DNA of 64,000 nt from NCBI GenBank assembly GCA_964390105.1, contig CAYMGV010000001.1, forward strand, positions 132,088 to 196,087, written 5' to 3'. This DNA is from an uncultured Anaerolineae bacterium (GTDB taxonomy: Bacteria > Chloroflexota > Anaerolineae > Aggregatilineales > UBA3940). The translations under genes and the position numbers were made by a program. The notes beneath the pieces were generated by a model, which saw nothing but the letters and a program-made list of their open reading frames with translations, searched no databases and had not been told where the DNA came from. This document shows, one piece after another, positions 59,166 to 64,000 of this stretch; the stretch's first letter is position 1, and each line of letters opens with the position of its first letter.

Positions 59166-60395
59166 ATGCATCGTGTCGTTATTACGGGATATGGTGCGGT
59201 TTCCGCAATCGGTAATACAGCAGAAGATAGCTGGCAGGCGGCTTTGAAAGGCGTCTCGGGATTGGGGCCTATCACGCAATTCGACGCATCGGGCTTGCCT
59301 GTGAACGTCGCCTGCGAGGTCAAGGACCTCAACCCCGATGGTATACTGGACCGCAAGGAAATCCGGCGGCAGGACCGCTATGAATCGCTGGCAATGCTTG
59401 CCACGCATGAAGCCATCGAACACAGCGGTTTGGACGTGCCCGACGAACGGAAGGATCGTGTCGGCGTACTCGTGAGTTCCGCCAGCGGTGGCTTCATTTC
59501 GTTCCGCGAGGAGATCGAGAATATTCAGCAGAACGGGGCGCGCCGGATTGGCCCATTTACGATCCCCAAGATCATGGCAAATGGTGCCGCCGGTCTGGTC
59601 AGCATCAAGTATGGGTTTCGCGGGCCAGCACTGGCCGTGGCATCCGCCTGCGCAACCGGAGCCGACGCGCTGGGTATAGCGTTGATGATGCTGCGCAGCG
59701 GCATGATCGATGTCGTTGTTGCTGGAGGCGCTGAAGCTTCGATCCATGAGCTGGGGATTGGCGCATTTATTCGTGTGCAGGCATACACCGAGAAGGGATC
59801 GGCAACACCCACCCCTTTCAGCAAAGACCGTGATGGCATGGTAATGGGTGAAGGTGCCGGAGTGCTGATACTTGAAACGCTGGAACATGCCAGGGCACGC
59901 AGCGCGATGATATACGGGGAATTGGCCGGATATGCCGCAACCGCCGACGCTTACCACATCACCGCACCGACAGAAGACGGTTCAGGGTCCGGAGCAGCGA
60001 TCGCCAAAGCGCTGGACGACGCAAGGGTCAACCGAGACGAAGTGGATTACATCAGCGCGCATGGCACCGGAACGATCCTGAATGACGCAGCTGAGACGAA
60101 AGCGATAAAATACGCGCTGGGTGATGCCGCCTACAGCACACCGATCAGTTCAACAAAGAGCATGACGGGGCATATGATGGGAGCTACCGGAGCACTTGAG
60201 GTTATATTCTGCCTACAGGCGATCAACGATGGCATTGTGCCCCCGACCATTAACTACCATGAAGCTGACCCGGACTGTGACCTGGATTACGTGCCGAACA
60301 AGGCTCGCGAGCAAAAGACGGATATTGCCATCAGTAATGCGTTCGGGTTCGGTGGTCACAACTCAGTATTGGTAATGCGCAGATTTGACGACTAA
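59166..60395 (+). CDS. fabF: 3-oxoacyl-ACP synthase II
   Basis: MHRVVITGYGAVSAIGN, ASACATGA (active Cys), HGTGT and NAFGFGGHNS. Confidence 0.9.
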   Translation: MHRVVITGYGAVSAIGNTAEDSWQAALKGVSGLGPITQFDASGLPVNVACEVKDLNPDGILDRKEIRRQDRYESLAMLATHEAIEHSGLDVPDERKDRVGVLVSSASGGFISFREEIENIQQNGARRIGPFTIPKIMANGAAGLVSIKYGFRGPALAVASACATGADALGIALMMLRSGMIDVVVAGGAEASIHELGIGAFIRVQAYTEKGSATPTPFSKDRDGMVMGEGAGVLILETLEHARARSAMIYGELAGYAATADAYHITAPTEDGSGSGAAIAKALDDARVNRDEVDYISAHGTGTILNDAAETKAIKYALGDAAYSTPISSTKSMTGHMMGATGALEVIFCLQAINDGIVPPTINYHEADPDCDLDYVPNKAREQKTDIAISNAFGFGGHNSVLVMRRFDD

Positions 60396-60407
60396 CGGAA
60401 AGACATC

Positions 60408-61118
60408 ATGAGGCAGGAAGACCCCTTCACCCAACTACAGCGGAATCTCATGTTTGATTTCGAGCATCCACACCTGCTTGAACAGGCACTGACGCACCGG
60501 TCTTTCGTTAACGAGAATCCGCTGCCCGGCGTCGAAGACAACGAACGGCTTGAATTCCTGGGAGATGCAATCCTTGGCTTTATCAGCGGCGATTTGCTGT
60601 ACGCCCGCTTTCCCGAAGAACATGAAGGCCGCCTGACCCGGCTGCGTGCCGCGCTGGTCCGCAAGGAGACGTTGGCTGAATTTGCCCGTCAATGCGGCAT
60701 CAACGATGCGCTGCGGCTGGGACGTGGCGAAGAAGAAAGCGGCGGCAGAAACCGTGACACAAACCTGTGCGGTGCGTTTGAGGCCGTAATCGGGGCACTG
60801 TACCTTGATGGCGGATTGGAAGCCACGACACAGTTTATGCTGCCTGTGTTCAGTGATGCGCTGGCAAACATCATCGAGATGGAGCTGGACAAAGATGCCA
60901 AGAGCCTGCTGCAGGAGAAAGCGCAACAGGTGTTCAGCCGCATCCCGCAGTACAAACTGGTAGACAGCACCGGGCCAGACCATGCCAAGGAATTCACCGT
61001 GGCAGTGTACGTGGAAGATGAGCAATTGGGTGAAGGGGTCGGCAGCAGCAAACAGTCAGCAGGCCAGGCTGCCGCACGTATGGCCCTGAGAAAGATGAGG
61101 GAACAAGCCGCAGGATGA
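60408..61118 (+). CDS. rnc: Ribonuclease III
   Basis: Contains NERLEFLGDAILG, plus a C-terminal dsRBD (GPDHAKEFTVAVYV...GSSKQSAGQAAA). Confidence 0.9.
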   Translation: MRQEDPFTQLQRNLMFDFEHPHLLEQALTHRSFVNENPLPGVEDNERLEFLGDAILGFISGDLLYARFPEEHEGRLTRLRAALVRKETLAEFARQCGINDALRLGRGEEESGGRNRDTNLCGAFEAVIGALYLDGGLEATTQFMLPVFSDALANIIEMELDKDAKSLLQEKAQQVFSRIPQYKLVDSTGPDHAKEFTVAVYVEDEQLGEGVGSSKQSAGQAAARMALRKMREQAAG

Positions 61119-61963
61119 GATTGCTTATCACCGGAGCAAGCGGCACGCTGGGCTTGATCACATCGGCGCACGCGGAACGATCGGAGCATACGGTTTTTGG
61201 CGGATTTCACTCAACCACGAAAATCGGCGGCGGCAGACCTATCCAGATTGACCTGATGAATGCCGATGTAACTTCGGCCACAATCAGGGAGATCAAGCCG
61301 GACTGCATCCTTCATCTTGCAGTATCTGACCGGACAAAGCCCGTCGAAGACAGCATACCCAGGTCAACACGACATATTGTGGATGCGGCGCAACAAGCCA
61401 GCGCACGACTGATCTTTTTGTCAACGGATATGGTGTTTGATGGCAAAACACCCCCCTATGCCGAAGATACGCCTCCTTCCCCGATCAATCCGTATGGCCG
61501 CGCGAAGGCCAGCGCTGAGCAGATTGCATTACAGCATGCCCAATGCCTGATCGTTCGAACCTCACTGATCTACGGATTCCGCCGAGAGAACCGACAGCTT
61601 GGCTGGATGCTGAAAGCAATTGAGGAAGGAAAACCTGTAACCCTGTTTATCGACGAAATCCGGCAACCGATCTATGAGCACGACCTGGCTGATGCGCTGC
61701 TTCAACTCGCAGAGACCACTGACACCGGCATCATGCATATTATCGGGCCAAATGCCTTGAGCAGGGCAGACCTGGGATATGCCTTGCTGAAAGCTGCCGG
61801 GATCAATGCGACTGATCAGGTCCTTGAGATAACCGTACACGATCATCCCGGCCCACGACCGGAACGATTGATCCTGACCGATAAACGATTCAGGCAGGCA
61901 CTAAACGGGTTCAAACTGCGCAGCATCACTGAAGCTGAGCAGCACCATCACCAATCGACCTGA
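61115..61963 (+). CDS. RmlD-like NAD(P)-dependent sugar reductase/epimerase (SDR family)
   Basis: MRLLITGASGTLG, YGRAKASAE (YxxxK), and RTSLIYG. ATGA overlap with rnc. Confidence 0.7.
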   Translation: MRLLITGASGTLGLITSAHAERSEHTVFGGFHSTTKIGGGRPIQIDLMNADVTSATIREIKPDCILHLAVSDRTKPVEDSIPRSTRHIVDAAQQASARLIFLSTDMVFDGKTPPYAEDTPPSPINPYGRAKASAEQIALQHAQCLIVRTSLIYGFRRENRQLGWMLKAIEEGKPVTLFIDEIRQPIYEHDLADALLQLAETTDTGIMHIIGPNALSRADLGYALLKAAGINATDQVLEITVHDHPGPRPERLILTDKRFRQALNGFKLRSITEAEQHHHQST

Positions 61964-61966
61964 ACC

Positions 61967-63895
61967 TCACCAGCCAAACTCAACAACCACCAGGCGGTGA
62001 TCGGAGGCGATGCTATCCACCTGCCGGGAGTCGAGTGGGATCAGAGACGCACCGAACACATAATCATGGCGCAGTGCAGGCACATCGGCAGGCGTAGTGA
62101 AACCACGTTCTATGCCAAGCTGCTGGTCGGGATCGGTATACCCGGCCTGAAGAATCTGCTGCACAACCAAATCAGTTGGCGCTGCGCTCAGACTCCCGGC
62201 AAGAACACGCTGAGCCACACTCGACTGCATATCGAGCAGGACAGCAAGCTGCCTCAGCCGGACCTCCACGTTTGCGGCCTCAACCTGGGCAGCCATTACA
62301 CTCAAAGGTCGCCCACGCAGCGGCTCAATCACTGTGATCTGAAGTGCAAATGACTGGTTACCCCCCGGCAGATCGGTTCCCCGGACATCGGATATCGGCC
62401 AATGTGAAAGTACGGCAACCCCATCCAGGTACTCATTGTTGTACTGATAGGCGTAGTTCATCCCCAATTGGCGGGCCAGAAAGTGGGCCTGATCGACCTG
62501 AGCTGTGACTGGCTGCGCCCCGGCAACCTCCTGTAGCACGATGATATCGGCCTGTGCCGCCTGCACGGTCAGTGCGATTAATTCGATCTGAGAGACGCCA
62601 TTCGCATCACGCCCATGGTTGATGTTGTAGGTTGCCACACGCAAGCTGTCTGGACGGGAAGATGCGACCGCGACATCCGGCGACGTCGCGATCAGCATGG
62701 AAAGAACGAATACACCGACCACCAGCATGACAGGGACACCGGTTGGTGCAACCATACGGGATTGCCACACCACGCTCTGACCGGCAAATAACTGCGGAAT
62801 GTTGAGCAGCGCCACCGCAAGGATCAACACGAGCAACCCGGCAGCCGAAAGCGTCGGCAGGACGAGCGGAGATGCCACCATCACTCCATACAGGACCGTG
62901 AGGACATTCGCCAGCACAAAACCCAGGCCAACCCCCGGCCCTACCGTATCGAGCCGGGTATCACTGGGCGGTGCGGGCAGGCTCCACACCAGCCAGACCA
63001 CGCCAAACTGGGCCAGCATCAAACTGACGGATCCCAACACCCCCCCTACCCGGGCACCGATCAACAGGGTTGCCATGATGAGGAAAAACCACACCCAGCC
63101 GAGTAATCGATCATCGAACAGACCCTGCGTACCCGAAACTGAAATGCGCACCACCGGGATCAATGGCAGAGCGGTTGCCAACAGCACCCACGGAATCAGG
63201 CCGGTAACAGGAACCTGTGCCCAACGAGCCATCGCCGATGGGACCGCCAGCAACGAGGCTTCAAGCGCAATAAAACCGGCCAACCCCAAACCACCCAGTA
63301 ATGACAGGTTTGCTGGCTCAAAGGGTTCATCACGTACCCGTGAACGGATGTGACGACTCCAGGCGACAAGGAACAACGACAAGGGAATCTGCACAAATAA
63401 CCACGCGGCTGCATATGTGACGTTGTTAATCGTGATATAGTGTATGGAACGGAGGCTGATATCGAAGGTATCACCTGCCCGAAACAACTGGTCGAGCAGG
63501 CTGCTGGTCAGCAGGATGACCACCCATGATCGCCAGTTTGCACGAAGGAGAGTGGCCGCATAGGCAGCCGCAGCAGCAACCACAACATAAGCACCAATCT
63601 GCTGAGCCAGTGGAAGCGCCAATGCCATGACAACACGGCCAATCGCCGCCACAATACTGAACGTACTCAGCAGGTCTGGCAGCATCTTCCGCGTACCGGG
63701 CAGAAACCACACAATGAGCGGAATAACCACAAATAACACAGCACCGATAAGGTCGGGCACCTCAGCCTGCCTGACCAGAACAGTCTGGACGAGGCTATAT
63801 GTGATGCGCGCCGCAAGCCATCGATACGCCTGCCAAAAAAAGAGAAAGACCAGCGATCCTTCAACTATGCGCCGGACACGAGTGCTTTCCATCAA
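61967..63895 (-). CDS. Polytopic membrane protein fused to a C-terminal endonuclease/exonuclease/phosphatase (EEP) domain
   Basis: About 400 aa of TM helices. These are followed by LRVATYNINHGRD, IIVLQEV and SDHRLVVVEF, which are typical EEP motifs. Confidence 0.7.
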   Translation of the reverse strand: MMESTRVRRIVEGSLVFLFFWQAYRWLAARITYSLVQTVLVRQAEVPDLIGAVLFVVIPLIVWFLPGTRKMLPDLLSTFSIVAAIGRVVMALALPLAQQIGAYVVVAAAAAYAATLLRANWRSWVVILLTSSLLDQLFRAGDTFDISLRSIHYITINNVTYAAAWLFVQIPLSLFLVAWSRHIRSRVRDEPFEPANLSLLGGLGLAGFIALEASLLAVPSAMARWAQVPVTGLIPWVLLATALPLIPVVRISVSGTQGLFDDRLLGWVWFFLIMATLLIGARVGGVLGSVSLMLAQFGVVWLVWSLPAPPSDTRLDTVGPGVGLGFVLANVLTVLYGVMVASPLVLPTLSAAGLLVLILAVALLNIPQLFAGQSVVWQSRMVAPTGVPVMLVVGVFVLSMLIATSPDVAVASSRPDSLRVATYNINHGRDANGVSQIELIALTVQAAQADIIVLQEVAGAQPVTAQVDQAHFLARQLGMNYAYQYNNEYLDGVAVLSHWPISDVRGTDLPGGNQSFALQITVIEPLRGRPLSVMAAQVEAANVEVRLRQLAVLLDMQSSVAQRVLAGSLSAAPTDLVVQQILQAGYTDPDQQLGIERGFTTPADVPALRHDYVFGASLIPLDSRQVDSIASDHRLVVVEFGW

Positions 63896-63974
63896 AGTCC
63901 CCCTGAGAAGTGAGAAGGATTAGTAACGCCGATCACGCGGGGCTATAATTACAAAAAGTAACGGGAGAATGGAT

Positions 63975-64000
63975 ATGAAACAAGTTGATACCCTCCTCAC
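63975..64000 (+). CDS. Start of an unidentified gene running off the right edge
   Basis: ATG 63975 (MKQVDTLL...) with GGGAG 8 nt upstream and a TATAAT at about 63941. Only 26 nt are visible. Confidence 0.25.

Noticed and set aside
58962-59957. 331-aa minus-strand ORF.
   Set aside because: It is antisense to the unmistakable fabF gene and has an Arg/Cys/His-rich composition, typical of a shadow ORF in GC-rich DNA. The same reasoning applies to these ORFs:
- 52410..53258(+), 51570..52196(+) and 54348..55049(+), opposite rpoC
- 8198..8725(+)
- 10241..10849(+)
- 10992..11570(+)
- 13154..13759(+)
- 28863..29588(+)
- 42706..43419(+)
- 44291..44905(+)
- 49750..50280(+)
- 60435..61025(-) and 60689..61210(-)
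- 62799..63353(+)
- 3377..4018(-)
- 14766..15305(-)
- 22895..23380(-)

Overview
The window is a gene-dense bacterial chromosome segment with about 60 protein genes, 3 tRNAs and no rRNA or CRISPR array. All calls rest on reading the ORF translations and the DNA by eye; no searches were run. Gene content suggests a monoderm, Chloroflexota-like organism, but that is inference only. The supporting features are an actinobacterial-type FhaA-FhaB-RodA-PBP cluster, rpoC not preceded by rpoB, TrmFO, and many 1-4 nt ATGA-type gene overlaps.

Housekeeping genes recognised:
- Translation and RNA: rpsF-ssb-rpsR, prfB with its programmed +1 frameshift, rnc, trmFO, hflX.
- Replication and transcription: gyrA, rpoC.
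- Lipid, secretion and stringent response: plsX, fabF, ftsY, tatA, rel.
- Other: mtnP, several peptidases, a GAF-PAS histidine kinase and a Hanks-type kinase.

The least ordinary region is 34-48.4 kb. It contains a NUDIX / WYL regulator / SbnI-SerK-like ParB-Srx / small unknown / Ser-Thr kinase operon. Divergent from that operon is a DUF2207 / Zn-ribbon / helical / SPFH-SHOCT cluster. Next comes a tyrosine recombinase gene split by a 290-bp MITE-like insertion, where exact removal restores a full RHRY recombinase ORF. Finally, five copies of an 11-19 nt motif (core ACTACACGAAG) lie only in the 6 kb to the right of that recombinase.

Other points worth a second look:
- A class-B PBP next to RodA has lost all three transpeptidase motifs.
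- A 0.26-kb hairpin-rich intergenic segment at about 31.7-31.95 kb is a possible unclassified structured RNA.
- A bacterial DUF3524/GTDC1-like glycosyltransferase is divergent from trmFO.
- An 86-aa in-frame miniature of an M19 dipeptidase is present.
- S18 carries an RGG-repeat N-terminal extension.
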